Below are positions 19,209-29,732 of a stretch of 64,000 bases of DNA, piece after piece; position 1 is the stretch's first letter, and every line of letters begins with the position of its first letter. Below the pieces are notes generated by a model that was not told the origin of the DNA, searched no databases, and saw only the letters and a program-made list of their open reading frames with translations. This DNA is from an uncultured Clostridia bacterium (GTDB lineage: Bacteria > Bacillota > Clostridia > Oscillospirales > Acutalibacteraceae). The translations under genes were made by a program, and so were the position numbers. The stretch lies in the NCBI GenBank assembly GCA_937920235.1, contig CALGUK010000049.1, positions 3,151 through 67,150 of the forward strand, in the 5' to 3' direction.

Positions 19209-19711
19209 ACGAGAAACTAAAGGTAATAATTGACAATAAACAGAATATAATGAAAATTCCAACGGGTGTGAGAATGCTCGTGAGACGATGCTGTAAAGCG
19301 GTTCTTATTCACGAAAATTTTACTGATCTTGCCGAAATCAGTGTTTCCTTTGTGGATGATGATACGATTCACGAGCTTAATCTTAAGCATCGCGGAATCG
19401 ACAGAAGTACAGATGTCCTGAGTTTTCCTATGGGAGAAAACGGAGAGTATGATATAAATCACGACACAGGCGCAAAAATTCTCGGTGACATTATAATTTC
19501 TATAGAACACGCATATGACCAGTCAGAAAAATACGGCCATACGCTTCAGCGTGAAATAGGCTTTCTCACAGTTCACTCCCTTCTTCATCTTTTGGGCTAT
19601 GACCACGAAAACGGCGGACTTGAGGCTGTTCAGATGAGAGAAAAAGAGGAAGCCGTGCTGACTAAAATCGGACTTAAAAGAAACGGCAGTTATTATTTTG
19701 ACGGAGAATAA
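19205..19711 (+). CDS. ybeY: rRNA maturation endoribonuclease YbeY
   Basis: Zn motif HSLLHLLGYDH. ATGA overlap with the phoH stop. Confidence 0.93.
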   Translation: MNEKLKVIIDNKQNIMKIPTGVRMLVRRCCKAVLIHENFTDLAEISVSFVDDDTIHELNLKHRGIDRSTDVLSFPMGENGEYDINHDTGAKILGDIIISIEHAYDQSEKYGHTLQREIGFLTVHSLLHLLGYDHENGGLEAVQMREKEEAVLTKIGLKRNGSYYFDGE

Positions 19712-19713
19712 TT

Positions 19714-20193
19714 ATGAAGGATTTGCTCAAGGGCTTCGGATATGCTTTTAACGGCATTTATCTTGCAATAGCAAAAGAGAGAAATATGCGAATACATATC
19801 GTCTGCATGATATATATGTTTTTCTTTCTTTTTGCATTTGAATTTTTTGAGATTACCAAAACTCAAACGGCAATTTTGCTTTTGGCCTGTGGCCTTGTAA
19901 TCGGTGCCGAGCTTATAAATACGGCTGTTGAGGCGGCTGTCGATCTTCACGGAAAGCAACATACAGCTCTCGGCAAAACGGCAAAGGATTGTGCTGCGGG
20001 AGCGGTTCTTGTTTTTGCAATATTTGCTGTTCTGTGCGGTGTCGCTATCATGTATCAGCCTACGGCATTTGCCGAAATGTTTGCTTATTTTGCAGAAAAA
20101 CCTGTGGCAATAGCGCTTTTTGCAGTATCCGTCATAATTTTTACAATATTTATTTTTAAGGGCTTGCCCTTTACATCCAAGGAGAATAAATGA
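19714..20193 (+). CDS. dgkA: diacylglycerol/undecaprenol kinase family protein
   Basis: Small 3-TM protein with a DgkA-like ELINTAVEAAVD motif, in the canonical position between ybeY and era. Confidence 0.85.
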   Translation: MKDLLKGFGYAFNGIYLAIAKERNMRIHIVCMIYMFFFLFAFEFFEITKTQTAILLLACGLVIGAELINTAVEAAVDLHGKQHTALGKTAKDCAAGAVLVFAIFAVLCGVAIMYQPTAFAEMFAYFAEKPVAIALFAVSVIIFTIFIFKGLPFTSKENK

Positions 20194-21083
20194 ATACACC
20201 AAAAACAGCTTTTATAGCAATAGTCGGAAAGGCCAATGTGGGCAAATCCTCAATTCTTAATAAGCTTCTGGGAACTAAAATTGCAATAGTTTCCTCAAAG
20301 CCGCAAACGACAAGAACACGTATTATGGGCGTTCTCACAACCGACGATAACATACAGCTTGTCTTTACTGATACACCCGGATTTCATAAGCCGAGGACAA
20401 AGCTCGGTGAGAAAATGGTTAAAGCAGTCAGCGACAGCATTGACGGTGTGGATGCCTGTCTTATGGTTGTTGAGCCGGAGGGAGAACTGAATCCTGCAGA
20501 GCTCGAGCTTCTCGAAAAAATAAAAAAAGGTAAGAATCCCACAATACTTGCAATAAATAAAATTGATACGGTTAAAGAAAAAGAAAATCTTATCTCTCGT
20601 ATTGCAGAGATGACGGAACATTATGATTTCGATGCTGTTGTTCCCGTTTCCGCACAGACGGGAAACGGAATTGATGCTCTTCTTGAAGAGTTGAAAAAGC
20701 TTTCATTTGAGTCCGAGCACTTTTTCCCAGATGATACTTTGACGGATCAACCGGAAAGAGTTCTTGCAGGAGAAATCATCCGAGAAAAAATGTTGAGATT
20801 GTTGGATAAGGAAATTCCTCACGGAACTGCTGTCAGTATTGAAAAAATGCGTGAGCGCAGTGACGGAATAATGGATGTTGAGGCAACAATTTATTGTGAG
20901 CGCGACAGTCACAAGGGAATTATAATCGGAAAAGGCGGAGCAATGCTTAAAAAGATCTCCACCTATGCAAGACAGGATATGGAAAATTTTTTTGACTGTA
21001 AAATCAACCTTCAGTGTTGGGTAAAGGTTAAAGAGGGCTGGAGAAACCGCGAAGGACTTATTCATAATTTCGGCTTGGATTGA
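20190..21083 (+). CDS. era: GTPase Era
   Basis: G1 GKANVGKSS, G3 DTPG, G4 NKID and a C-terminal KH domain. Confidence 0.96.
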   Translation: MNTPKTAFIAIVGKANVGKSSILNKLLGTKIAIVSSKPQTTRTRIMGVLTTDDNIQLVFTDTPGFHKPRTKLGEKMVKAVSDSIDGVDACLMVVEPEGELNPAELELLEKIKKGKNPTILAINKIDTVKEKENLISRIAEMTEHYDFDAVVPVSAQTGNGIDALLEELKKLSFESEHFFPDDTLTDQPERVLAGEIIREKMLRLLDKEIPHGTAVSIEKMRERSDGIMDVEATIYCERDSHKGIIIGKGGAMLKKISTYARQDMENFFDCKINLQCWVKVKEGWRNREGLIHNFGLD

Positions 21084-21276
21084 TTTGTCAATTATAATTG
21101 AATTTTCCATTTATAATCACATACCAAAATGCCAAATTATTAACGGTAGGTGATTAAAACGGACAGTATTTCAATATGGAGCAGATTTACACAAAGTGGC
21201 AGAGTTGAGGATTATCTTATGTATAAGAAATCTCTCGAGGAAAAAAAGAAACCTCTATTTGACGGAGAACAGGACT

Positions 21277-22017
21277 ATGAGGATGAATACGGACGGTCTG
21301 ATACTCAAGGAACAGAATATTGGTGAAAAAGACAAGCTCGTTACGGTGCTGACACGCCACAACGGGCTTGTGCGTGCTTTTGTCCGAGGTGCAAAATCCG
21401 TAAATAACCGAAAAAACAGTTCCACGGGAATGTTTTGCTATTCTGCTCTGTCTCTTTATAAATCCAAGGACAGTTACATAATCGATGAGGCAGAACCGAT
21501 TGAGGTTTTTTTTGAATTGAGAACTGATTTGGAAAAGCTTGCTCTTGCTCAGTATTTTGCTGAGCTCGTGATATCTCTTGTCCAGGAGGATGAACCGGCT
21601 GAAGAATACCTGAGACTTATACTCAATTCTCTGAATTTTCTTTGTAACGGGAAACTGCCGCCGTCACAGATAAAAGCGATTATTGAAATGCGTATTATGT
21701 GTATTGCAGGCTTTATGCCGAATATCATAGCCTGTGACAGATGCGGAGAATATGAAACAGAGACTATGTATTTTGATATAGACAACGGAATTATATACTG
21801 TGAAAACTGCGGCTCGGGGCAGGTACTGTTGCCTCTTGATATAGGTCTTGTAAAGGCGATAAGACATATTGCTTTTTCCGAGTTTGATAAAATATATTCC
21901 TTCAGAATGGAGGATTATGCTTTGCCTGACCTTACTTATATTACGGAAAAATATCTGCTTTCCCGATTGCAACGGAATTTCAAGACATTAGATTTTTATA
22001 AGGAAATAACAAAATGA
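21277..22017 (+). CDS. recO: DNA repair protein RecO
   Basis: RecO OB-fold N-terminus (TDGLILKEQNIGEKDKLVTVLT) and a CxxC...CxxC zinc module. ATG 21277 chosen; the ORF opens at 21196. Confidence 0.9.
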   Translation: MRMNTDGLILKEQNIGEKDKLVTVLTRHNGLVRAFVRGAKSVNNRKNSSTGMFCYSALSLYKSKDSYIIDEAEPIEVFFELRTDLEKLALAQYFAELVISLVQEDEPAEEYLRLILNSLNFLCNGKLPPSQIKAIIEMRIMCIAGFMPNIIACDRCGEYETETMYFDIDNGIIYCENCGSGQVLLPLDIGLVKAIRHIAFSEFDKIYSFRMEDYALPDLTYITEKYLLSRLQRNFKTLDFYKEITK

Positions 22018-24395
22018 ATAAGCATTATACTTCACTTGAACTTGATAAAATACTTAAAATGCTGAGTGATACGGCTTCCTGTGCGGATGCCAAGGAAATC
22101 GCTCTGAGCATTAAGCCTGCCACGGACTATTTTGAGGTTCTCGGGTTGCTTGATAAAACGGAGTCGGCATATATCCTGATTGCAAAATTCGGAGCGCCGT
22201 CCTTCAGCGGACTGATAAATGTCAATAATGCATTAAGCCGTGCAAATGCGGGAGGCTCGCTGTCTGCAGGAGAATTGCTCAAAATTGCCGCCACGCTTAA
22301 AGCTGTGCGCGGAATCACTGTGTGGTATGAAAAATGCTCAGGTATGGAAACGGCACTTGACGACCTTTTCAGCTCACTTTATCCCAATAAATATCTTGAG
22401 GAAAAGATCACAAATGCCATTCTTTCCGAAACTGAAATAAGCGATAATGCTTCGCCGGAGCTTAAGGAAATCCGTCGCAAAAAACGGCATTATGAAAATA
22501 AAATCCGCGAACAGCTTGATTCAATGATTCATTCGAGCCACTATTCAAAGGTTCTTCGAGACGGAATTATAACTCAGCGAAACGGACGCTTTGTTGTGCC
22601 CGTAAAGGCTGAAAACAGAAGTGATGTTGCAGGCATGGTTCACGATACCTCCGGCAGCGGTGCGACAGTGTTTATAGAGCCTGCTGCGGTTGTCGAGGCA
22701 AACAATGAGATCAAGGTGCTTGAAAGTCGCGAACAGGACGAAATCGAAAGAATTCTTGCAGAACTCTCTCAATCAGCGGGAGAGTTTGAGGATACAATAA
22801 AAATCAGCTTTGATTCTGCTGTTATGCTTGACTTGATTTTTGCCAAAGCACATCTTGCTTACAAAATGAAGGCAAGCAGACCGATCCTCAATAATGACGG
22901 AGAGATTTTGCTGAAAAAAGCAAGACACCCTCTGATTGATCCGAAAACGGTTGTTCCCGTAGATATATCCCTCGGAATTGATTTCGATTCATTGGTAATA
23001 ACGGGAGCTAACACGGGCGGTAAAACCGTATCCATAAAAACCATCGGTTTGCTGGCTCTTATGGCAGAATGCGGCCTTATGCTTCCCGTAACAGACAACA
23101 GTCGCATCTCGGTTTTTGATAATGTACTTGCAGATATCGGTGACGAGCAGAGCATTGAGCAGTCCCTTTCAACCTTCTCTGCACATATGGCAAATGTAGT
23201 TGAAATACTGAAAAATGCCGATGATAGAAGTCTCGTGCTCATCGATGAGCTCGGCGCGGGAACCGACCCTGTTGAGGGAGCTGCGCTCGCTGTTGCCGTT
23301 CTTGAGGAATTGAGACAAAAGGGTGCAAAAATTGCCGCCACAACTCATTATTCCGAGCTTAAGGAATATGCTTTGAAAACCCCACGGGTTGAAAACGGAT
23401 GCTGTGAATTTGACGTTGCCTCGTTGAAGCCTACATACCGTCTTATTACGGGTATGCCGGGTCGTTCAAACGCTCTTGCCATTGCAGGACGTTTAGGTGT
23501 TGATGAAAAGATAATAGAATTTGCCAGAGCACTTATTTCAGAGGAGGATACACGGTTTGAGGATGCTGTAGATACGCTCGAGTCGGCACGCAAGGCATTA
23601 GAGGACGACAAAAAGAGACTCGAGGAAGAGAAAATGTCACTTATACGACGTAAGGAAGAGTCGGATAAGGCTCTGGAAAAAGCAAAGGCTTTGAGCGAAA
23701 AGGAAATTTCAAGAGCAAGACAAGAAGCGGAAAGAATCGTCGATAATGCCCGCCGTGCAGGAAATTCTCTGCTTCTTGAAATAGAACAGCTTAAAAAAGA
23801 GCAGGCTAAGGAAAATAATCTCAGAGAAATTGCAAGAAAAGCAAAAGCCGCTATGGGCAGACAGCTTGATAAAATGGAGGAGATTGAGAGAGGCCTTGAT
23901 ACTGATGATGCTGATTATGTTCTTCCCAGACCGTTGAAGGCAGGGGACAGAGTTTTTGTCAGAACTCTCGGAGGTGAAGCGCAGGTTCTCTCGGTTGACG
24001 AAAAGAAAAAAATTGCTCAGGTTCAATCCGGTATGATAAAAATGAAGGTCGATCTATCCGATATACGTCTGATAGGCGGTCAGAAACAGCCGAAAAAACA
24101 GCACGGCGGCAACCGTACTGTTCATACGGGAAGTTCAAAAGCAACCGCATCGTCAAATTCATCCATTGACCTCCGCGGAACCACCGTTGAGGAGGCAATG
24201 CTAGACCTTGATAAGTTTATAGACGGAGTGCTCCGTACCGGACTTAATGAGATTACCATTATTCACGGAAAAGGAACAGGTGCGCTCCGCAAGGGGATTC
24301 ACGTATATCTCCGTAAGCATCCGAATATCAGAACCTTCCGAGTAGGCACTTTCGGTGAGGGTGAAGAGGGTGTTACAATAGCTGAACTGAAATAA
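22014..24395 (+). CDS. mutS2: endonuclease MutS2
   Basis: Walker A GANTGGKT, a long coiled coil and a C-terminal Smr domain (IDLRGTTVEEA...IIHGKGTGALR). Confidence 0.96.
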   Translation: MNKHYTSLELDKILKMLSDTASCADAKEIALSIKPATDYFEVLGLLDKTESAYILIAKFGAPSFSGLINVNNALSRANAGGSLSAGELLKIAATLKAVRGITVWYEKCSGMETALDDLFSSLYPNKYLEEKITNAILSETEISDNASPELKEIRRKKRHYENKIREQLDSMIHSSHYSKVLRDGIITQRNGRFVVPVKAENRSDVAGMVHDTSGSGATVFIEPAAVVEANNEIKVLESREQDEIERILAELSQSAGEFEDTIKISFDSAVMLDLIFAKAHLAYKMKASRPILNNDGEILLKKARHPLIDPKTVVPVDISLGIDFDSLVITGANTGGKTVSIKTIGLLALMAECGLMLPVTDNSRISVFDNVLADIGDEQSIEQSLSTFSAHMANVVEILKNADDRSLVLIDELGAGTDPVEGAALAVAVLEELRQKGAKIAATTHYSELKEYALKTPRVENGCCEFDVASLKPTYRLITGMPGRSNALAIAGRLGVDEKIIEFARALISEEDTRFEDAVDTLESARKALEDDKKRLEEEKMSLIRRKEESDKALEKAKALSEKEISRARQEAERIVDNARRAGNSLLLEIEQLKKEQAKENNLREIARKAKAAMGRQLDKMEEIERGLDTDDADYVLPRPLKAGDRVFVRTLGGEAQVLSVDEKKKIAQVQSGMIKMKVDLSDIRLIGGQKQPKKQHGGNRTVHTGSSKATASSNSSIDLRGTTVEEAMLDLDKFIDGVLRTGLNEITIIHGKGTGALRKGIHVYLRKHPNIRTFRVGTFGEGEEGVTIAELK

Positions 24396-24464
24396 ATGTT
24401 GCAAAATTTGCTTTGTTATGTTAATATAAATTTATAACAAAACATCAAAAAGGAGTTTTTCAGA

Positions 24465-24803
24465 ATGACTAAAAAAGTAATTGCGGTTGTATTGGCACTT
24501 CTTTCGGTTACTCTTCTTTTTGCTTCATGCACCGACAAGTATGAAGAGTCCCAGAGAGTGAAGAATGCAAACGGGGAAGAAATTATTATATACAAAAATG
24601 AAGACGGCGAGGAGTTTGTTAAGAATAAAGAGGGCGATATGGTGCCGATTTCTCCTGATGAAGACGGCTTCTATTCCGATCTTGACAGCCTTATCGAAAA
24701 TCCCAAGACGGAGGAGGGTAAGGATGCCGAGGGAATTACTCTCGGTGACAATACCGGTAATGAGGTTTCAATCAGATATGAGGATATAGCTCAGGTTTCA
24801 TAA
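24465..24803 (+). CDS. small lipoprotein, unknown function
   Basis: Signal peptide with a lipobox (LLFASC), followed by an acidic low-complexity mature part. Confidence 0.6.
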   Translation: MTKKVIAVVLALLSVTLLFASCTDKYEESQRVKNANGEEIIIYKNEDGEEFVKNKEGDMVPISPDEDGFYSDLDSLIENPKTEEGKDAEGITLGDNTGNEVSIRYEDIAQVS

Positions 24804-24822
24804 AAAAATATTGAAATATTTC

Positions 24823-24851
24823 TTGACAAATATAATATTATTTAGTATAAT
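24823..24851 (+). promoter_or_regulatory. consensus sigma-A promoter of ylxM-ffh
   Basis: Perfect TTGACA, a 17-nt spacer, then a perfect TATAAT. Confidence 0.6.
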
Positions 24852-24909
24852 ACCACTCTGTAAAGTCAATGTGCTTTACAGAGTTATTTTTTCGGAAGGA
24901 GTGAATTTC

Positions 24910-25272
24910 GTGGCTAATAATGTTGAGATATCAATACTTTTTGACCTTTACGGTGAGGCATTGACTGTGAAACAGCGCGATTATCTTAATTATTACTACA
25001 ACGACGATCTTTCTCTTTCTGAAATTGCCGAGAATGAGGGAATAACCCGTCAGGGTGTGCGTGATGCAATTAAAAGAGCTGAGGCACTTCTTTATGATAT
25101 GGAGTCCAAGCTGAAATTCTCTCAGAGACTCGAAAAAATGCAGGGCGGACTTGAAACTATTATGAAATGTGCTGAGGATATTAACGAATATAACCTTTCA
25201 CACGGTCTTTCCCGCGAAATAAACGATTTAACAGTTAAGATAAAGTCAACTGCACTTTCCTTGACAGAATAG
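24910..25272 (+). CDS. ylxM: putative DNA-binding protein YlxM (UPF0122)
   Basis: The LFDLYGEALTVKQRDYLNYYYNDDLSLSEIAE sigma-70 region 4-like HTH is typical of YlxM, upstream of ffh. GTG 24910 follows a GGAAGGA RBS. Confidence 0.88.
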   Translation: MANNVEISILFDLYGEALTVKQRDYLNYYYNDDLSLSEIAENEGITRQGVRDAIKRAEALLYDMESKLKFSQRLEKMQGGLETIMKCAEDINEYNLSHGLSREINDLTVKIKSTALSLTE

Positions 25273-25280
25273 GAGGAATT

Positions 25281-26642
25281 ATGGCATTTGAAGGTTTATC
25301 CGACAGACTTGAAGCCGCCTTTCAAAGACTGAAAAGCAAAGGCAGTCTTAATGAAAAGGATGTCAGAGAAGCAATGCGTGAGGTTCGCCTTGCTCTCCTT
25401 GAGGCTGATGTCAACTATAAGGTTGCCAAGGACTTTACCGCAAAAGTAACCGAGCGTGCAATAGGAGCTCAGGTTATGGAGAGTCTCACACCTGCACAGA
25501 TGGTTATTAAAATCGTTAATGAAGAGCTTACAGAGCTTATGGGCGGAACCCAGACAAGACTTGCTTATGCCAGTCATCCGCCTACGGTCATTATGATGTG
25601 CGGCCTTCAGGGTTCAGGTAAAACAACTCACTGTGCAAAAATTGCAAGAAAGCTTAAAAATGAAAATCACAGACCGTTGCTCGTTGCCTGCGATATTTAC
25701 CGTCCTGCCGCTATTAAACAGCTTCAGGTGGTGGGTGAACAGGTGGGTGTCCCTGTTTTTGAAATGGGACAAACCAATCCGGTCACAATTGCTAAAGAAG
25801 CAATAAAGCTTGCAAAAGATAAAGGATATGATTATGTTTTTATCGATACAGCAGGTCGTCTGCATATTGATACCGAGCTTATGAATGAGCTTAAAAACAT
25901 AAAGAGTGAGGTTCGTCCTCACGAAATCCTGCTTGTTATTGACGCAATGCTCGGTCAGGATGCCGTTACCGTAGCAAGTACGTTCAATGATGAACTCGGA
26001 ATTGACGGACTTGTGCTTACAAAAATGGACGGTGATACCCGAGGCGGTGCTGCACTCTCAGCAAGAGCTGTTACAGGAAAACCGATTAAATTTGTCGGTA
26101 TGGGTGAAAAGCTCGACGAACTCGATTATTTCTATCCGGACCGTATGGCATCGAGAATTCTCGGAATGGGTGATGTGCTTTCTCTTATAGAAAAGGCTGA
26201 AACGGCACTCGATGAGAAAAAAGCACTTGAGCTTGAGGAAAAGCTCCGCAAAAACAAATTTGACCTGAACGACCTGCTTGATCAGATTGAACAGGTTAAA
26301 AAGATGGGCAGTATGAAGGACATTCTCTCCATGCTTCCCGGAATAAACAAAAAAGTCAAGGATGTTGAGATTGATGACAGACAGTTTGATCGAATGGGAG
26401 CTATCATCAAATCAATGACACCCAAAGAACGCAGAAATCCCGACATTATAAATCCGTCGAGAAAACGCAGAATTGCTGCAGGCTGCGGAATGCAGGTTGA
26501 AGATGTTAACAGACTTCTTAATCAGCACCGACAGATGCAGAAAATGTTCAAGCAGATGAATTCGGGTAAAATGAAGCGTCAGCTCAAGCGTATGGGATTT
26601 TCCAATGGCGGAATGAACGGAATGGGCGGCTTCCCGATGTAA
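25281..26642 (+). CDS. ffh: signal recognition particle protein Ffh
   Basis: GLQGSGKTT and DTAGR motifs, plus a Met-rich M domain. Confidence 0.97.
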   Translation: MAFEGLSDRLEAAFQRLKSKGSLNEKDVREAMREVRLALLEADVNYKVAKDFTAKVTERAIGAQVMESLTPAQMVIKIVNEELTELMGGTQTRLAYASHPPTVIMMCGLQGSGKTTHCAKIARKLKNENHRPLLVACDIYRPAAIKQLQVVGEQVGVPVFEMGQTNPVTIAKEAIKLAKDKGYDYVFIDTAGRLHIDTELMNELKNIKSEVRPHEILLVIDAMLGQDAVTVASTFNDELGIDGLVLTKMDGDTRGGAALSARAVTGKPIKFVGMGEKLDELDYFYPDRMASRILGMGDVLSLIEKAETALDEKKALELEEKLRKNKFDLNDLLDQIEQVKKMGSMKDILSMLPGINKKVKDVEIDDRQFDRMGAIIKSMTPKERRNPDIINPSRKRRIAAGCGMQVEDVNRLLNQHRQMQKMFKQMNSGKMKRQLKRMGFSNGGMNGMGGFPM

Positions 26643-26706
26643 GCAAGGCAAACACCCTTTAAAAGTGTTTTAAATATTAAATTTTATATATTTGGAGGAA
26701 ACAAAA

Positions 26707-26952
26707 ATGGCAGTTAAAATCAGACTTCGCAGAATGGGCGCAAAAAGAGCTCCTTTCTACAGAGTAGTAGTTGCAGATTCTCGTTATCCGAGAGACGGCA
26801 GATTCATCGAGGAAATCGGTACTTACAATCCGATGACAGATCCTGCTGAAATCAAGATTGACAACGAAAAGGCAGCTCAGTGGATTAAGAACGGTGCTCA
26901 GCCTACTGACACAGTTAAGGTTATTCTTAAAAAGAGCGGCGCTATTAAATAA
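26707..26952 (+). CDS. rpsP: 30S ribosomal protein S16
   Basis: [26 protein letters not shown] is the canonical S16 N-terminus. Confidence 0.97.
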   Translation: MAVKIRLRRMGAKRAPFYRVVVADSRYPRDGRFIEEIGTYNPMTDPAEIKIDNEKAAQWIKNGAQPTDTVKVILKKSGAIK

Positions 26953-26969
26953 GAAAGGTTTTTGAAAAA

Positions 26970-27203
26970 ATGCAGGAACTTCTTATTACAATAGTAAAAG
27001 GACTTGTTGAAAATCCTGACGCGGTTACCGTTACTGTTGACGAACCGGATGAGCGCGGCATAGTTGTTTATCATCTTCACGTTGCTGAGGACGATATGGG
27101 CAGAGTTATCGGTAAGCAGGGCAGAATTGCCAAGGCTATCAGAACAGTTGTTAAAGCCGGCGCAACACGCACAGGAGAAAGAGTTCAGGTCGATATCGAC
27201 TGA
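26970..27203 (+). CDS. KH domain RNA-binding protein (YlqC family)
   Basis: 77 aa with a GRVIGKQGRIAKAIRTV KH motif, in the canonical slot after rpsP. Confidence 0.9.
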   Translation: MQELLITIVKGLVENPDAVTVTVDEPDERGIVVYHLHVAEDDMGRVIGKQGRIAKAIRTVVKAGATRTGERVQVDID

Positions 27204-27214
27204 TGACTACATTG

Positions 27215-27243
27215 GGCAGACAGTTTTATTGTCTGCCTTTTTG
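27215..27243 (+). terminator. intra-operon terminator/attenuator hairpin between the KH gene and rimM
   Basis: Hairpin ggcagac / gtctgcc followed by TTTTT. Confidence 0.55.
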
Positions 27244-27286
27244 TAACTTATGGGATTGGATTGCAATCCCGGAAAGGCACGAATTT

Positions 27287-27805
27287 ATGATCAAGGATTT
27301 TCTTGAATTGGGACAGATCGTATCAACTCACGGAGTCAAGGGTGAATTGCGGTTTAATCCCTGGTGTGATTCGCCTGAGTTTGTGAAAAAATTCAAGACA
27401 CTGTATTTTGACAGCAAAGGCGAAAAAAGTATAAATGTAAAGGCTGCACGTCCTCACGGCAATATTGTCATTCTCATGCTTGAGGGCATTGATGATGTTG
27501 ATAAGGCAAAAGCATTGAAGAATACGGTTCTGTATATGAAACGAAGTGATGCAAGGCTTCCCGAGGGAACGTGGTTTATGCAGGAATTGTTTGACTGTAC
27601 TGCCGTTGACGACAATTCGGGTAAAATTCTCGGAAAAATTGCGGATGTAAGCGAAACAGGAGCCAATGATGTATGGCACATCAAAACTCCTGCCGGAAAG
27701 GAAGTGCTGATTCCGGCTGTGAAGCAGGTTGTTATCAGCGTTGATGTGGAAGAGGGAATTGTGAGGCTCAATCCCATAAAAGGACTTTTTGAAGATGAAA
27801 ATTAA
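27287..27805 (+). CDS. rimM: 16S rRNA processing protein RimM
   Basis: The LELGQIVSTHGVKGELRF N-terminus and a PRC barrel are typical of RimM. ATG 27287 chosen; the ORF opens at 27203. Confidence 0.92.
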   Translation: MIKDFLELGQIVSTHGVKGELRFNPWCDSPEFVKKFKTLYFDSKGEKSINVKAARPHGNIVILMLEGIDDVDKAKALKNTVLYMKRSDARLPEGTWFMQELFDCTAVDDNSGKILGKIADVSETGANDVWHIKTPAGKEVLIPAVKQVVISVDVEEGIVRLNPIKGLFEDEN

Positions 27806-28526
27806 CATTATGACACTTTTTCCCGAAATGTGCGAAGCGGTACTTTCCGAAAGTATCATTGGCAGAGCAAGAGAAAACGGGTATGTGGAAATAAATTGCA
27901 TAAATATAAGAGATTACACGCATGATAAGCATCGCCGTGTGGATGACGCTCCGTACGGTGGCGGTATGGGGATGCTGATGCAGATTCAACCGATCGCAGA
28001 TTGCTATAAGGATATATGTCAAAAAAGCGAAAATAAAAATCATCTGATTTATATGTCACCCTGCGGTCGTGTCCTGACACAGCAGAGAGTGAGAGAATTG
28101 GCTGAATTGCCCGAAATAACAATTTTGTGCGGTCATTATGAGGGCGTGGATCAGAGAGTTATTGAAACTCTTGTTAATGAACAGATTTCAGTCGGCGATT
28201 ATGTTCTTACGGGTGGCGAATTGCCGGCAATGATTCTCGCTGATTCGATCTCAAGAATGCTTCCGGGTGTCCTTCCTAATGACGAGGCGAAGGAGCTAGA
28301 AAGTCACTATAACGGACTATTGGAATATCCGCAATATACAAGACCTTATGAGTGGAACGGCATGAAGGTTCCGGATGTTCTTATCTCAGGACATCACGCG
28401 AATATTGAAAAATGGCGTCGCGAACAGTCGTTGATAATGACAAAAAAATGTCGCCCCGATATGTTGGAAAAAGCAGAACTTTCAGATAAAGACAGGGAAT
28501 TTCTTGAAAAAGAAAAAAATATGTAA
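27789..28526 (+). CDS. trmD: tRNA (guanine37-N1)-methyltransferase TrmD
   Basis: LFPEM..., DDAPYGGGMGM and GHYEGVDQRV motifs. The start could be the ATG at 27795. Confidence 0.95.
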   Translation: MKMKINIMTLFPEMCEAVLSESIIGRARENGYVEINCINIRDYTHDKHRRVDDAPYGGGMGMLMQIQPIADCYKDICQKSENKNHLIYMSPCGRVLTQQRVRELAELPEITILCGHYEGVDQRVIETLVNEQISVGDYVLTGGELPAMILADSISRMLPGVLPNDEAKELESHYNGLLEYPQYTRPYEWNGMKVPDVLISGHHANIEKWRREQSLIMTKKCRPDMLEKAELSDKDREFLEKEKNM

Positions 28527-28595
28527 TATATACTTGATTATTTGATTTTATGAGTATAAAATATATGTGTATAATTTTCACAAGGGTGAACCACA

Positions 28596-29603
28596 TTGAA
28601 AATCAAGTTTATTACAAAAGAGGAAATTTTTAAATATTTATCAATAATTTTAGCATCAATTCTTGTTATAACTACGGTACTTTCGATCGTTTTTGGTGTA
28701 AAAAATCATAATAAAGGGAAATTGGTAGAGGAACTCAGCGGTCAGCTTGCATCGGAAGAAGCTAAATTAAATGAAAAAGTTTCTGAATATGACGTTTTAA
28801 AATCACAGCAAAGCAGTGAGGCTCAATCGTATGAGGATGAAATCCATTCTCAGAAAAATGATATAAAAGAGCTTAAAGATAAAATTGAAGATCTGAAAAG
28901 TCAGTTGGCAACAAAAAACAACAGTGAGACCGAAAAAGATGACGGAGAAGTAAGACCCGTCTCACCCGAACCGATCCCCTCAAAGGGCAAAACAGTTTAT
29001 CTGACCTTTGATGACGGTCCGTCGCCATATACATCGGAAATTCTCGATATTCTCGATAAGTACGGTGTTAAGGCGACATTTTTTGTGGTAAACGGTAAAT
29101 ATAACAGCACGATGAAGGATATTGTGAAGCGCGGTCATTCTATTGGACTGCATACATATACACATAATTATTCAAAAATATATGCTTCGGACAGCGCATA
29201 TTTTGATGATCTGCAGAAAATATCAGATGTCGTCAAAAAAGAGACAGGAACAGAAACCAGACTTATGCGTTTCCCGGGCGGAAGCAGCAATACAATCAGC
29301 AAAAAATATTCTGAGGGTATTATGACGAGACTGACAAAATCTGTTCTTGAAAAGGGATATGTTTATTTTGACTGGAACTGTTCAAACGGTGATGCCGACG
29401 GAGCCGATACCGTAGCAAAACAGCTCTCATTTTGCAGTAAATTTCCGAAAAATGCAAAAAATATAGTTTTACTTATGCACGATACAAAAAAGGTCACCAT
29501 GGAAGCTTTACCGCATATAATAGAGTATTATAAAAGCTGTGGAATGGAGTTTGCCGCATTGACACCGTCAACAGAGATTGTAAATCATCCTGTTTTCAAT
29601 TAA
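28596..29603 (+). CDS. membrane-anchored polysaccharide deacetylase (NodB homology domain)
   Basis: TM helix, a coiled coil and then the NodB motifs TFDDGP and HTYTH. TTG start. Confidence 0.85.
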   Translation: MKIKFITKEEIFKYLSIILASILVITTVLSIVFGVKNHNKGKLVEELSGQLASEEAKLNEKVSEYDVLKSQQSSEAQSYEDEIHSQKNDIKELKDKIEDLKSQLATKNNSETEKDDGEVRPVSPEPIPSKGKTVYLTFDDGPSPYTSEILDILDKYGVKATFFVVNGKYNSTMKDIVKRGHSIGLHTYTHNYSKIYASDSAYFDDLQKISDVVKKETGTETRLMRFPGGSSNTISKKYSEGIMTRLTKSVLEKGYVYFDWNCSNGDADGADTVAKQLSFCSKFPKNAKNIVLLMHDTKKVTMEALPHIIEYYKSCGMEFAALTPSTEIVNHPVFN

Positions 29604-29732
29604 AAATATTTATTTTATACAAAAACTGCTTTTAAATGTAGCAAATTTGCACAAAGTTAAATCTCACAAAAATATTCTTTTTGGTTTTATGACTGAATTA
29701 TTTGTTTTGGGTCAAAAGTCGGCGGATTTTCG

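Noticed and set aside
21219-21326. A 35-codon ORF (MYKKSLEEKKKPLFDGEQDYEDEYGRSDTQGTEYW) with a GAGGA RBS in the era-recO spacer, the position of yqzL in Bacillus.
   Set aside because: It overlaps the well-supported recO start by 50 nt in another frame and has no resemblance to YqzL that I can see. It is short enough to be chance and would need conservation or ribosome-profiling support.
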